A stretch of 64,000 nt of DNA from Styela clava (Eukaryota): assembly GCF_964204865.1 (NCBI RefSeq), contig NC_135250.1:5022001-5086000 (forward strand). The letters run 5' to 3'. Below are positions 14,260-28,373 of this stretch, one piece after another (the first letter of the stretch is position 1; every line of letters begins with the position of its first letter). The notes under the pieces are model-generated. The model was not told the origin of the DNA. It did not search any database and saw nothing but the letters and a program-made list of their open reading frames with translations. Position numbers and translations under genes: made by a program.

Positions 14260-17200
14260 ATGCGGATTCTTCTCATTTCAACTGATTCCTTGATCGTGCT
14301 AACCGTGTTTTCAACTTTACTATTACACACAACAGGTACGTTTGATTGCGCAAAAGAAATACACAAGCTAACACAAATTGTTTTATTATTATCATTTTAA
14401 TGGTGCTTATAACTGGCGTAGTTTTGTGCACCAGTACTGTGATATTACGCGTTGCGTGTTCCAATGCGTCTACGCGTTATGAGTACGTATTCTATAACAA
14501 AAGATGTAAACAATGTTCAAATCGTGTGATATGTTCAAGCGGAATTGCTTTTTTTTTGAATAATCCCAATTAAAGAGGCACAAGAAATAACAATATCTTT
14601 ACACATTTTATGCGCCTCTCTCTCCATACAGCGTTCTCCAGCCACTATTGGGTAGGGAGTGACTATATTGCGGATGAAATCTTTCCTTTTTCGGCCCTGC
14701 ATATCCAAACTCGAGGATAGGGCAGGTGATACGAGCCCAAAATATTAAATGTAATGGTATTCCTGTAGTAGGCCATGCGAACCAAGATGGCGGACACCGG
14801 AACATTAGGTTAGGGTTAGGCCATAATTTTATTTCAATTTTCCTTATTTTAGTTCTATTACGTATTCGGTCGGAGACTCTCCGATTGTCCTCCGTAGTAT
14901 TTGTACCTGAAATTATGGCCTAAACCTAGCCTGATACACATACTACGTTCCGGTGGCCGCCATCTTGGTTCGCACACTACAGGAGTACCGAATATAGATC
15001 GAAATATCGAAACATATCTTCGTGATAGTAACAAGAATTCGCAGTGAAATAAATCGTCCTAAACGATAAAATCGGTGAAACTTTTACTATTCTAGGTATT
15101 TGGTCACCTTGGAGCGATTGGTCGGTATGTCCGAAATCTTGCCAAAAAGGTGAACAAATAAGAGTTCGCGTCTGTCTCAACAGCAGCTGTGAGGTACCTG
15201 AAACGCAGCATAGAGAATGCGGTCAATCATGCGATGGGGAAAATCAACTGGGTTAGTCATCAACGATTGCTAGTTTTAGACGGTATAATAAAATAAACTA
15301 TTTTCATTGGGGTAAAACAGAAGTTGCGAATAATCGTTCAGTTTTCTATATATATTCATATATAAATCGTTGAAATTAGTCTTCTAGACTTCCATCTCAG
15401 TTTTTGTCACAGTGTGTGCTGTATGTTTATTCCTACTAATATCTGTCTATATAGTGTCATGATAAAAATGAATAAAGGCTAATATTGCCGTTTTTTAAAT
15501 GAATACGTTTCCCAAACGGGTGGACTTTTCGTTCAAGGTTAAAAAATGCTCTTCTGATTAATTCGTAACTTATATTTGCAGTTTTTCAGTGGGGCACATG
15601 GGTTGTCGGAGGGTTTTCATCAAAACCCGAAAAATGGCCTTGGCAATTTCTTATCATAACTGAACTTGATGGTAAATGGCAACATTGTGGAGGAACATTG
15701 ATAACAGATTCTTGGGTGCTCAGTGCGGCGCATTGCTTTTTAGATCCATTTGGGTGAGTATGTTTTATATATAATATAATCGAATAGCCTACTTTCAAAT
15801 TCTTTTGTCTGTCTGGTCTGTTTCCTAGCTAATGAATATATAACTGTATGCTTTCGTATGTTTGATTTCGTATAAAAAAAAATTAAAAGTGTGTGTGTTC
15901 ATGTTGGTTGGTTTGGAGTCATGAATATTCCAATATTTGAGTTTTCTTTTTCAAAAATAGGGGTTTATAACGCACCAGGGAACGGAAAAGAGTCGATACT
16001 CCCGAAGTATGTGTCGCAAGATGGCTGACACCGGATGTGTACCAGATTAGCTTTAGGCCATAAATTAAGGCACAAACACTACGGGAGTCGCTTGGCTAGT
16101 TTCTGAACTCGTAATAGAACTAAAATATGAAAAATTGGAATAAAATTATGGCCTACCTCTAACCTGGTACACATACTACGTTCCAGTGTCCGCCATCTTG
16201 GTACACATACGTCGGGAGTAGCCTACCAAAAAATCAAACCTAGTTTATGTAGCCGACGTGGGTTCCTTTTGCAAGATGTTTCTTTTCAAACGAAATTATA
16301 TAAAAAAAGCAGGTTTCCAGTCATACATATCTCTTTTGTTTGCATTGTCTGCGATTTTTCTCTTCTTTTAGTAAGATTTCAAATAAGTTAATTGACTGCA
16401 TATATATGGGTAGAAATACCTGTAATCGATGGATTGAGTTTTAGAGGGTTCGCGAACCTGTTCCACGGATGTCGCGGTAATCAGCGGACCCATCCTTATT
16501 TTGTTTTAGACCGATGGTTTTCAAACTATTAAAGCCGCGCCCCATTTTTGCAATTTGTCAAGTTTTGTGCTCCACCTCAAAAAAAAAAACTATCTAACAA
16601 TAAGCTACAAATAATATACAGTAAGGCGAAAGTATGTTTCATTCACACAACACTTCAAGGAATACGTAGATGAAACGTAAATATCCAAAATAAAGAAATG
16701 TAAATTTTCAAAATAAGGCAGGCAATATCAAATCTAACAAATATTTTTAATTAGCTTAATTAAGGTTTGTGTAAAGCGTGTCTTGTTAATGTAGCTTACG
16801 TAGTGGCATGCATACAGTTTCTGAATAAGGGCACCTGTTGGTAATTTAGTTTTGTATGAAAGCGAACTCGTTGTTTGAATTTCCCCACTGCCTAACACGT
16901 AAGTAACATATCGTGGCGCATGAAATATTTGGTCCATGAAACGTAAGAGAGTGTGCTGAAAACCATAACAGCATTCATTGTATGAAAGTGGATTTAATTC
17001 AGTTCAAAACGTCAACTAGTCGAGCCTGATCTAATATTTTCTGCAATTCATATTGATTCATATTCGATGTAGTTTGACTAATATTTCTCATGTTTTTTTT
17101 TTTTAATATTGCAATTCGTGTTTATGAACACATAATACATTATCCAAACGCAGAGTGAGGTGAAAATGAACGGGTTCAAATGAAACACTGGGATGAATTC

Positions 17201-20200
17201 GTCTAAAAAGCTTGGGAACCACCAAGCTAGCTTACAAAATTCATACGAGTATAAACTCGTGCGAAGTTGTAATCTGTCTAAATTTATCAGCAACTGAACC
17301 GCTTTTAAACGGTGAGTTCTATTTGCTACTCAATATAAATAAAGTCCGTCCATTTCGCAAAGATTCCAGAGTTTGTGTATTTTACCGTGGGAATACAAAC
17401 ATGAATGCTCAATTAATTTTCTTGTGTGACTAATACAAATTACTTTTACTAGAAACAATTGGAATATTCAAAGAATTACGTTGGGAACAATAAACAGAAA
17501 CGGGATTGGTAAAGGAGCTGTTAATTATACAAAGGCATCCATTGTTCACGTGCACGAAGGTAATATTTATTTTAAGTTTAAATCTGAAAGTAGGGTTATA
17601 GTTATGTTGGATACAAATCGGACCTAATAATCCCTTAGTTATTATGCTGTGGTTAGTATTTTCTTGTTGTTGTTGTTGCTTTTTCCTTTTACTACTGGAC
17701 AAATTGCTTCAAATTTCAGTGGTTAATAATTGTTATTGTCGCTAGAAGGCTATTAATTTATATATATACATTTTTGTGGGCTCTACGAGATCATTTTTCA
17801 CTGTGCGTGATGTCTACTCTGTCTATTGAGTTTTGTGTGATGACGCCATCAAACTATGCACCGTGTGGCATTTTGCGATCGCATTTCATTGAGATGGCGC
17901 TCTGCGAAGTCGGAAATCTTTTGAAAAGATCTCGATACCGTGATGGATTTGAAACATCATTTTGGCTTTCGTACCCATGCATTGCTCTTTTGTGTTTAAA
18001 AAGTATTCTTCATTTTAAAACTAAAACCTAATCAGGCTTTTAAAATAATTCCTTGAACCGCCTGTACAATTCATCTTTGTTTACGGAATTCGTAATTTGA
18101 ACGGCTCATTCATAGGAGATCAATATTTTGATACTTTGTGTAGTATAAAAATATATGGCGCTTTCAACAATTAAAATACTTATTTTGCATATTTTGATAG
18201 TGAATTTCTTCAATATGCATGAACAGGTTCTAAGAAACTTCGCCGTAGGAAATCTCGCCGCAAAGGAAATATCGCCGCAAGAGCATTTTGCTGTAAAACA
18301 AGTGTTTTTGGTAAAAACAGTTAGGTTTTGGAAGTACCTTTTTATTTAGGAGAGATTCGTTATTTAAGAAGATACAGCATACCCTAAACCTATAAACCTA
18401 ACTGTTTTTATCGCAAATACTTGTTTTACAGCAAAATGCTTATGCGGCGAGATTTTCTACAGCGAAATATCCTGCGGCGAATTCTCCGGACACGACAGAA
18501 ACATATGCTGAAAACCTAATACCAAGTGACTCAAAACAGCACTGGAAAATACATTAGTTCGGTACTTGCTATCATCGCATCCTTTCTGTTCCAGATTTCC
18601 ACAACCGAGTTTATCTCAATGACATATCACTAATCAAACTACCAACACCGGCAAATGCAAACACTAACGGGCATATCCAACCCGCAACTCTTCCTGTGCA
18701 CAATGAAACAGTGTTAGCAGGAACGTCATGTGTAGTTACGGGCTGGGGAGCCACAGCCTCGAATGGAAGCAAAGGTTATTTATTTTTTCCATATTATGAA
18801 AAAAATATCCTATATTATGATAAAACAAAGTTGAGTGCAACCGCAGAATGCTTAGAAAAGCGTACGCAAATCTATATAAATAAAAAGTAATTAGCAAAAC
18901 TCAAATATATTTCATAGGGCACCCACGACTATCGGTAATTGCTTATTAGAAAATTATAGATACTGAATAACAGTTCCAACACGTATGGTTCTGATAATTT
19001 AACTGCACTGTACTAATTTGAAGCGCCTGATTGAACTGCTCCGTTCAGATCGTTTCTCATTATTTCACTTAATTTATTTTTTATAACTGACCCACCATTT
19101 ACAACTTGACTGATAAGTCAAACTAAATTTTATCATCAAAGTAAATAACACGAACAGACAAAGCAAATGCTCAATACATCACCATCATCAAGTATACAGA
19201 CTTGTGACTCGCAAACGAATACTTGAGATTCATAGAATACTACTATATTCGGTACTCCCGTATTGTGTGAGCCAGGCCATAATTTCATTCCGATTTTTAT
19301 TTTATTTCAGTTCTATTACGAGTTCGGGGACCGTCTGTGTTAGCCAAGTTAATATACCTCCTGATCATATGTTTCAGGCCCTACAGACAACTTGATGTAA
19401 AGTAGGCGAACAAAATTAGTTACCTCCATATTGGTACACACACTTCTGGAGCGCCAACTATTGTAGTATAATGAACTTTGGTGGAATCGGTTTGTTTGCC
19501 GATTTTTATTTAGGCCATGGAATAACTCTTCAATATGGGAACGGTTTATTCCGCCACGCTCTCCACCGATCTTTTCAAAATCGTGCTCTGCTTAGGCAGC
19601 ATTGCACTGTAGTGACTGACAATAATAATCACTGAAGCGACACTGAACCTATAGGAATGGATATATCGAATTAAGTATAATTCAAATCTCAACTCTTTTT
19701 TTATAAATACTTTCCGTCCTATATTGTCCTTTCAGAATCAATTCCAGATGAGTTGCAAGAAGTAGATGTAAATATATTTACAGATGAAGATTGTAGAAAA
19801 ATGCATCATACTCCGGGACTGGATGGTTCATTTACCAAAAGTCATTTTTGTGCGGGGTAAATGCAGACTAATGGCAACCTAATGATTTATTCAATGGACT
19901 TTCAGGACACAGGTTTTAAAGGACACGAGTTAGTCCCAGCTTTCAACTGAACCTGGGAGAAGTATAAAACGATTGGTCACTGATGCGATAAAACATAAAT
20001 TTAAAAATTAGAGGTTGGCACGGGGCGAGAAATAATATCTTAACAATGGGAAACACCAAGGCACATATATTTGTTCCATCTAACGAACTACATATAGATT
20101 TCATGAGCATGTACGAATCAAATAACGCTATAAGTCTTTTTTTAGCCGCTTAAAACCCCTAGAACTATTAAACTTACTGAATATTGTCATAGCCCAATTT

Positions 20201-23200
20201 ATTACAACCTCACAGTCACAGAGATTACGTACATGTGACCTGAATATTAATCTACAATAATAGCACCCTGACTAGAGTGACTAATTTAGTGAATTTTATT
20301 AAAATTCATCTATGTCGGAAAAATAATTGTTACAGTGACTAATACCGCTCTATAAACACAAACGCTCAACGGTTACACGAGATCCACCATCTTAAGCAGC
20401 AGGCAGTGTCGCCCGAAACTAACAAAATGTTTGTGTGTGTGTGTGTGTGATCAATAACATTAACCAAAGTTTCTTGCACCAGGTCGTGATTGGCTATTTA
20501 TCTGGTGGAAAATTATTTGAAAGAGATCCTTTGTTTCTATTATATAGGTCTACAAGTAGTTTTGACAAATTTTAGCTCATAAAATAAAATTCTAGCACAT
20601 AAGCTTAGTAAATCGTCGATTATTGAAACGTCTGCAGAAAAGAATTAAATGGGCAACAGTTCTTTTATATGACAAAAAGAGCATAGTTCGTCTTCAGGAC
20701 ATCTATATTTTTGTAAATGGCTATTTAATCGACAATGTTTTGTTTGTTTGTTTGTAAACGAAACAGCCTTATTTCGTACTTCCGATGTAAAATTGAATAT
20801 TGAAGTATGGGTAGTTCTGGGTGAAACATCTTAAAGTGGTTTGTATCTTCACTTTGTATATATTCGGTATTCCATTTGCGATGACAAATATTAGACAACA
20901 AAGATTTAACAAAATGGAATGTGACAATAGCAACATCAATCACATAAACGTTATAAAGCGGTACTCGACCGGCACTCGTTCAACCGATCGGATTGCCACT
21001 GTTACGCCTTTAGTCCAATATACATAAGGCTATAGGGTCAGCGTTTAAATATCACCCTTTCTAATATAAGTTTGTATTTTGTCTTACACAGCCACCTTGA
21101 AGGGAAGAAAGATACATGCGGTGGTGACAGCGGCGGACCACTCCTGTGCGAAGAAATAGCAAGTACATTGTACACGGAATAACAAGCAGTGGCCCAGCAG
21201 AGTGTGGAAAGAAAAATAAACCGGGTTTTTACACAAGGGTCAGCGATTTTATCACGTGGATCGAAAAAACGATATATGGTAAATATATCTATGTTTATCT
21301 TTTAATTATCTTTTGATAAGGCGTATGTAACCATTATCTGTTTTAGCTGACTTCTTCATTGATTCAAAGTCTATAAAAGCGTTTTTAGTATTTTTTAAAA
21401 CCGCTTCTCTCATTGACTACTGGACCAACTGCTTTCAAATTTTCAGTGGCTAAAGATTGCATTTCGCTAGAAGGCTGTTACTTTTATTTTTTTTTAAAAT
21501 TTTGTGGACTCTACGGAAGCCTTTTTTTTGCGATGACGTCATCAAAATAAAAAATTGCGCATCTTGTTGCGGTAGGCTACTGTGACAGATTCGTTAGATT
21601 CGTTTTGGCTTTCGTGTCCATAAATTCGAGCCTTATTTTCTTGTTTTGTTTATTTTTGTATCTTTTTCTTCAGGATTTCGTTATCATTGGTCCAAGTGGA
21701 AAAGAAATAAATGCAGTGTGACATGTGGTAGAGGAAAAAGAACAGAGAAAAGAACTTGTCTTGACAAAGATGACAAACTTGCAACAGAATGTGACGGAAT
21801 TTCCAGACGAAATATTCCGTGTCGAAACCCCCCTTGCATTAGTATGTTAATAATTTTTAAGCTTAAATTATTTAATGCTACGTATCCGAATAGACATTAC
21901 CATGTAAAAATGATACGTAAGCTCGCCAACATTAAAAAGTATTAAATACTTGAAACGTGTTATTGTTCATTTTTATATAATAATGATAATAATACTAGCT
22001 TCGTTTTCTTCATTTTTTTCCACATTTTATTTCAAAGATTTGAAAATTTGATACTTTAGCTTTAATTAAACGCATAAGTTTTCATAAGTTTCATAAGTAA
22101 GTTTTCATACCAAGTGGTACAGCTAGATGACAGCAAGCAACTTGGCAAAAGCCCTTCCTGTTCTATGCTGTACACACGAATCGGAAAAGGCTTGATCGTC
22201 TATTATTATCATCAATGTTTTCTTATTGATAACAGAATACCATTGGTCTCCTTGGAAAACAACTTGCAATGTAACATGTAATAAAGGAATCGCAACTAGC
22301 ACTCGATATTGTGCTGATGCAAACGACGCACCGATGTTTCCCAATAACTGTCCTGGCCAAGATAAGAAGATTGAACCATGTGTATTGCTAAGGCGCATTG
22401 GTAACTATGTATATTTCATTTCTAAATTCAATATTTTAAATATAGAAAATGATTGACTCGTCTAGTTTGATACAATTGCACCACATTATAACCCAATGGT
22501 TTGCAATCTTTTTGATGGAAAATAATTATTGTATAAAACTATTTCCATATTCTCTTTTTTACTCTACTTTCGATGTGTATTTCTATTAATAACAGGATTT
22601 CACTGGACTGATTGGGTCCCAACCTGCAGCGCCATATGTGGCGAAGAAACTGAAACGAGCACTCAAAACTGTGTGGACGATAAAGACAATCCATCGAAAC
22701 TCCACTGGCGAAAAAAAGAAAATTGAAACATGTGTTAAACCAGAATGCATTGGTATACAGAGATTTATTTTATAGTTCTGGGAATCAAATCGGATCGCAA
22801 ACCATCATATAAATCTATCACCACGTTAGCGCATTCCATGCCACATTTAAAGGCCAAACTTCGCCATGGGATTTTTTGTATATTGGCGTATAATACAACG
22901 CTAAATCGTGTCTTTTGCTCCGAACAAGGCTAGGTAAAAGCAGCCACGGATATCTAACAATATCTTAAAAAATCTCCCCACAGACTTACTTTGCTGTCGA
23001 AGTTATTATTTCATCTATATAAGCCCGAATTTTCATCTATCTCGGTTGGTTCAACTGAAGAAAGGAATATTGATAGTAAGCCAGAAAACGTCGTCTTTTT
23101 AGTAAATCGTTTGAGAATAGAGCAAAATGATGGTGAAAAAGACGTAAGAGTGTATGTCTCACTGTAAATGCCGCTAAATCCCATTTAAAAAGAAAATATT

Positions 23201-25578
23201 GAACTGGTGGATGGTGATTAATCACGAATCCCAATCAGTAGATGACTTGGGTTACTCGAGAGTTGAGTTAATTACTCGAGACTCACCAGCACTAATAACA
23301 ACTGATGAGTGAATAGAAAGATTCTAAATTTATACTACTCAAAATTCTTTTATTCGTGTTCAGGGCTGGACATTTTAAATTGATTAGTCAATTATTCGAA
23401 TCGGTTCATATCGGTTCGAAAATTCCGAATCGCGGCCATCTTTTTTTTTCTCTGACCGCTAAAGGTCGAGATACCTCCTACAATTTCCTTTATTGAATCC
23501 ATATTTTTACAATGCAATTTAGACATATAACTCGTTTTGCTAGAAAATGCCCTATTCGTGTTACCGCAAATGAAATTTTTTTTTAGAATACCATTGGGGA
23601 GAATGGTTCAAGGCCACTGAATGTAGCGCCTCATGTGGAACTGGAGAAATCGAAATGAAAAGAAAGTGTCTTGATTCTGACAACGTCGAAGTTCTTGATA
23701 CAAGTGAATGTAATCCCGGGAAATATGTTGAACTTCGCACTTGCAATCTAAAACCATGTCCAGGTGAGTTCATTTTCAATAATCACGATTGACAGCAAAA
23801 TTACTTGGAAGAAAGTTGTATCTGAATTTGCTAGAAGCATCTATACATAATAGTAGTTATTTTAAGGTTCGCAACAAGTGCAGTATATTTGGGTTATTGG
23901 TGGTCTTGTGAGTATTTGTTAACGAGTAACGAAGTTTGTCTTAAATATGCATCACAAGTAATGAACGTTTTTGCGTGCATATAATCTTCATTTACCCCCG
24001 GACATGGAAATAATTAAAGTATTTTTTACATATTTGATGAATTATGGTATTTCAACTTTTGAGTCGACTGGGGAGATTTAAAAATTCGGTGCCGACTCGA
24101 ATCTATTCTTTGTTAGGATGAGAAATTGAGTCAGCCTAGTTTTTCTAAAACAAGCTTTACCTTACAACACGTAGTTTACAAATGGAATGGATGGAAGACG
24201 AGTTGCAGCGTCACATGTGGAACTGGTGTTTTAACTAAAACAAGAAATTGTACTGATCAAGATGGAAACCCCGCTGAAGATGTGTTATCCTGTGGCCATG
24301 GAAAATCCATTGAGAAAGATGTTTGTACTTCACCATGTCCATTAATATCAAGTAAGTATACTCATGAAGTTTATTTGAGTCGTTGGGTAATCCATTATTT
24401 TTCTTAGTCATGCAACATTAGCTGTGCAATGACGCTAATTCACTGATGCTGTTCCAATAAATTAAAAATCGAAAATGTATTCCCCAGAAAAGAAGAAAGA
24501 TATTTAGATATTTGCTCAGAGAAAACAGTACCAAAATGAAGTTATTCAACCCAATATTCCTCATATTTCAGAAGAATCCTCAACATCGTACCACTGGGGT
24601 AAATGGGGGTCATGGTCGACCTGTCGTCTTCGTATGGGAGGTGTAACTATTTGCAACGGATTTAAATCGTCCACTCGGGACTGTTTGATGGGATCAAAGG
24701 TAAATATAGCGTACTACCGTAGTGTGTGTACCAGGATAGGGTTAGGCCATAATTTTATTCTGATTTTCCTTATTTTAGATCTATTACGAGTTCGGAGACT
24801 GTCTGTGTTAGCCAAGTGAATATAAGCCCATAGGTTTTAGTACCCTTAAACTACTTAATGTAAAGTACCGGACTACCGGTAGGTGGACAAAATTAGTTAC
24901 CTCTATATTGGTATGCATACAAACTTCTGGAGCGCCACAAATATAGTTATGAAACCTGTATTAAAATGGGATTGGGTTGGTGTGGCTCTAAAATCAAATA
25001 TTTCATTTATCTGGGATACTTATATCCATCTATTATGCAGGAGGCTGGGTATCTCAAATGTTGTTTTCTCTTATTACACACACGCGTGTGCCATTGTAGC
25101 ACTTTTGCACCATTTCTGCACACTAGTCCCACTCCTGTTGTTGTTCTGGGGTAGATATATTACTTTAAGCAAATGGTTAAAGTAAGCATATATGTGAACT
25201 ATTAACATACTATGTTCTGGATTAGAAAAGATATAAAACTTTAGTCAAATAGTTTAGTCGAGCATATAAAGTGACATTTATGCTATGTTCTGGGTTGAGA
25301 TACATAAAATACTTTGATCAGAGCAAGCATATGAAGTGAGATACATGCATTCGGGACACTGTATTTTTAGGATTGTCCGAGAGACATAACTCTAAATACG
25401 ACTTCTTTCCAATTTGATGACATTAATGCTATCATTTAACGAGACAACTCGAATTACTTAAAATCTGGTATTTGTATTTAAATAGGACGTCAACCCTCGA
25501 AGATGCAGTGGTGAATATCCCGGTGAAGATTTTTATCGCGAGTCATCGTGTATGATGGAAACCAGCAATTGTCCTTGA
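14260..25578 (+). pseudogene. Secreted trypsin-like (S1A) serine protease with C-terminal TSP1 repeats, copy A; two frameshifts (probable pseudogene or truncated allele)
   Basis: Exons read by hand with GT-AG ends: 14260-14335 (signal peptide MRILLISTDSLIVLTVFSTLLLHTT), 15582-15753 (VVGG...WPWQ...CGGTLI...LSAAHC), 17453-17559, 18595-18774 (NDISLIKL; CVVTGWG), 19736-19856, 21092-21278 ([10 protein letters not shown]), TSP1 exons 21674-21841, 22236-22400, 22596-22752, 23587-23763, 24175-24351, 24572-24699, last exon 25486-25578. Exon 21092-21278 is 187 nt vs 188 in copy B and exon 22596-22752 is 157 nt vs 165, both frameshifting. Confidence 0.85.
18232..18495. mobile_element. Palindromic MITE-like element
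   Basis: Repeated aaat.tcgccg motifs at left mirrored by cggcga.attt at right; internal mirrored aaacagttaggttt / aaacctaactgttt. Confidence 0.7.
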
Positions 25579-26537
25579 AAATATTACTGTTCTAGAATAT
25601 GTTTGTTTCACGGCCATACTTACTGATATTACACGGATATTACTCTGATATATATTGTACTTAGCAAATCTAACCCTCTGTGAGTAAAAAGTGTTTGAAC
25701 TTTGCGTGGTGACTTTACCGAGTTGTTCCACTGTCGACATAGTGACATTAGAGTTTTCTACTTTTGGCTGTTTGTGTTGATATATATTATGGCTTAAATT
25801 AAAGCATTGGAGTATATTCATCTGCTTCCAGATGTTTTGATGCTAGAATAAACGGTCCGCCAATATGACTTCCAAACCATTTTAATTCTGTGTACATCTG
25901 ACAAACAAGCAAATGCCCATAGAAAACACTGTTTTTTAATATAATTGCTGTTCTACTTTTTGGTAATAGATAAATGAACTCATCAATTACTAAAAATAGC
26001 AAGACGGAACACAGTCCAAGCAACGTGTATATAGGTGTAGCTTAAAAAGTAGATACTTCCCATTTGCTTACGATTCTCAACTCTAACTCGCAGCTGAAAA
26101 TAAATTGATTTCAACTCTGATATATTTAACATTTCAACATGAAATTTTAGTCGCTCAAGAGATTTATGTTTGTTAGTTTTTGTTAAAAAAAAAATCGACA
26201 AAATTTCGATTCCGGCTTCAGAATGGAAATTTGGATGGAAGAGAGTAATGCTCAAATATATAGACACAAAGACCAAAACGAAGTTATATTAAATCTTCTA
26301 CAGTACCGATAGTCTTCCTTACCAAAAAACTCTGCTGAAATGCGACCGGGGAATCGCCACACTCTGCACAATTTTTATTTCGATAACGTCATAACACAAA
26401 ACTTCAAAGTGAAAAACGAATGCCATAGAGCCGACTGCTTCTAGAAACAATACCAATCTTAAACTGCTGACAATTTCAAAGCAATTGGTACAGTAGTTAA
26501 GAAAGATAAAAGAGATTTTTCACAAGGACAAGAAAAA

Positions 26538-26776
26538 GGGTACTCCCTAAGTATGTGAACCAAGATGACGGACACCGGAACGTAGTATATGTACCAAGTT
26601 AGGGTTAGGCCATAATTTCAGGTACGAATACTACGGGAGTCACTTGACTAGTCCCCGAACTCGTAATAGAACTGAAATAACAAAAATTGGGAATAAATTT
26701 TTGACCTAACCCTTACCTGGTACACATACTACGTTCCGGTGTCCGCCATCTTGTTTTTATATACTTCGGGAGTACC
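26538..26776. mobile_element. Palindromic MITE, same family, inserted in an older dispersed repeat
   Basis: Same TIR; absent from the homologous position in arm B (near 34320). Confidence 0.85.
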
Positions 26777-28373
26777 AGAAAAAAAATACTATACCAACAT
26801 CAATCTAACAAAACGATCCACACGTCCATTTCGTGTCCAAAAACACTCCGCTCCGAATTCAATATCGAAGAACAATTCCGCATTCCCCTAACTTTAATCG
26901 CGTAACTTTATCGCCAAGTTAGTACCTACACCAAAGTCATAAGATATTAACAAGAATGTTTATTCGATATATCAGCGAGATGTTTTGAGTAAGAAAAGGC
27001 AAGAAAAATCATGAAACGTAGCTCACGAGTCTTCGTAAAATTGTTTCATAAAATAAAGGTTTTATTACGGTAAAGAATTTTTATTTAATTCAAATTACAA
27101 TACTTTGTTTTTAAGGTTAAATCAGAACTTTTACTGTTCCGTTAAGGGCGTGCTACGGTGATATATTTCAAATCATTCATAAGTAAGGGCACATATAACG
27201 ACTGCAAAGTGAAACTTGAATCTGATAGGGTTTATTCAAAGCTAAACCATTTACACTTCAAGCCTTCAACTCCTGTTAGTAGCCCACCGGCCACCGGCAA
27301 CCACCGGCGTCACGATCCATTATGAGCAACGCAGTAACGGCAATGAGTAATACTTTGTCGTCGCCTTGCACTCTTGCTGCTGTTTCCATGGTAACTTGAA
27401 CATCGGTGCTAGGAGTCGTTATTTGTTTCTGTGTATCGGACGCTTCCTGGAAAATCAAGTCGCCCCGATTGTAATTTCTTCCTATATTCTTTTGCTGGTT
27501 TTTCTACTTTTTTAATGCTATTATCAATTACTGTTAGGTTTTTTTCACGGGTGTCGCTGCTCGATAACCGGTCCTGGTTTCTCGCGACTCCTTTTCACCT
27601 CGGCTTACCAGTTTCGCCTCTTTTTACATACTGTATTGATTAGTGTATGGTATTTCATGTATGGTGGATAAAATAAACTACTGATTACCCATCACTCTGC
27701 AAACAAAAAAATGGAAGAGTGGCGTGTGTTACAGTCTATAAATGTTCTCAACGTAATGGCCAGTGTTTCTCTCTTTATAAATGACGGGTCATGAATGTGA
27801 AAAAGTCTATGTCATATATTTGACTTGACCAATAAAAACCCGTATTACATTTATACATTTAAATCATTGGCCTAAAAGCAACAAACATATACATCGTCGT
27901 TCTGGGCTTCAGTGACGTCATCCCACTTTGTATTTATTCTGCACTCTCTTATATTTACCATCTCTGTTATTTTGGTTTGTTCGATACACAGTCTGAACGG
28001 GGATTGGAGGTTGGGGGAGTGCGTTTTTGAGACGAAAGTTTTATGTATTATGTACAGTGGCCTATATTGCAACATTGTACTTTGATTGATCTTGTTATAC
28101 ATTTACTAAAATAAAACATAAATTTGACGACAGAAAGTTTTGAAACATGGTTCTGGTGGTTCGTTTCGTGCGATTGAAGATAGGTAACCCATTTTAAGGG
28201 TGAAGAACACGGGTAGATTATGGGGAATTACCATGATTCCTATAAGGGGAAATAGAAAGAGTGAATCTTTATAATGAGACGGAAGACGAAACTTAGGTAT
28301 TGTACTGGTCACATAGGCGTAATGCATTTAGTTTATACAAATTTATTATATTTGTTAAATCGATTTTTCAATA

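Larger units (their letters stand above)
9550..26890 (+). repeat. Arm A of a large diverged inverted segmental duplication (partner about 34210-51700)
   Basis: Colinear reverse-complement matches in exons, introns and flanks, e.g. 9560-9770 vs 51590-51700, 10140-10230 vs 50550-51590 (minus insertions), 10330-11460 vs 49330-50420, 14170-14340 vs 47930-48105, 24560-26890 vs 34215-35820. Ends approximate. Confidence 0.85.

Noticed and set aside
27250-27650. GC-richer segment with a 60-aa minus ORF between the duplication blocks
   Set aside because: Several stops upstream in frame, no homology within the window and no recognisable motif.
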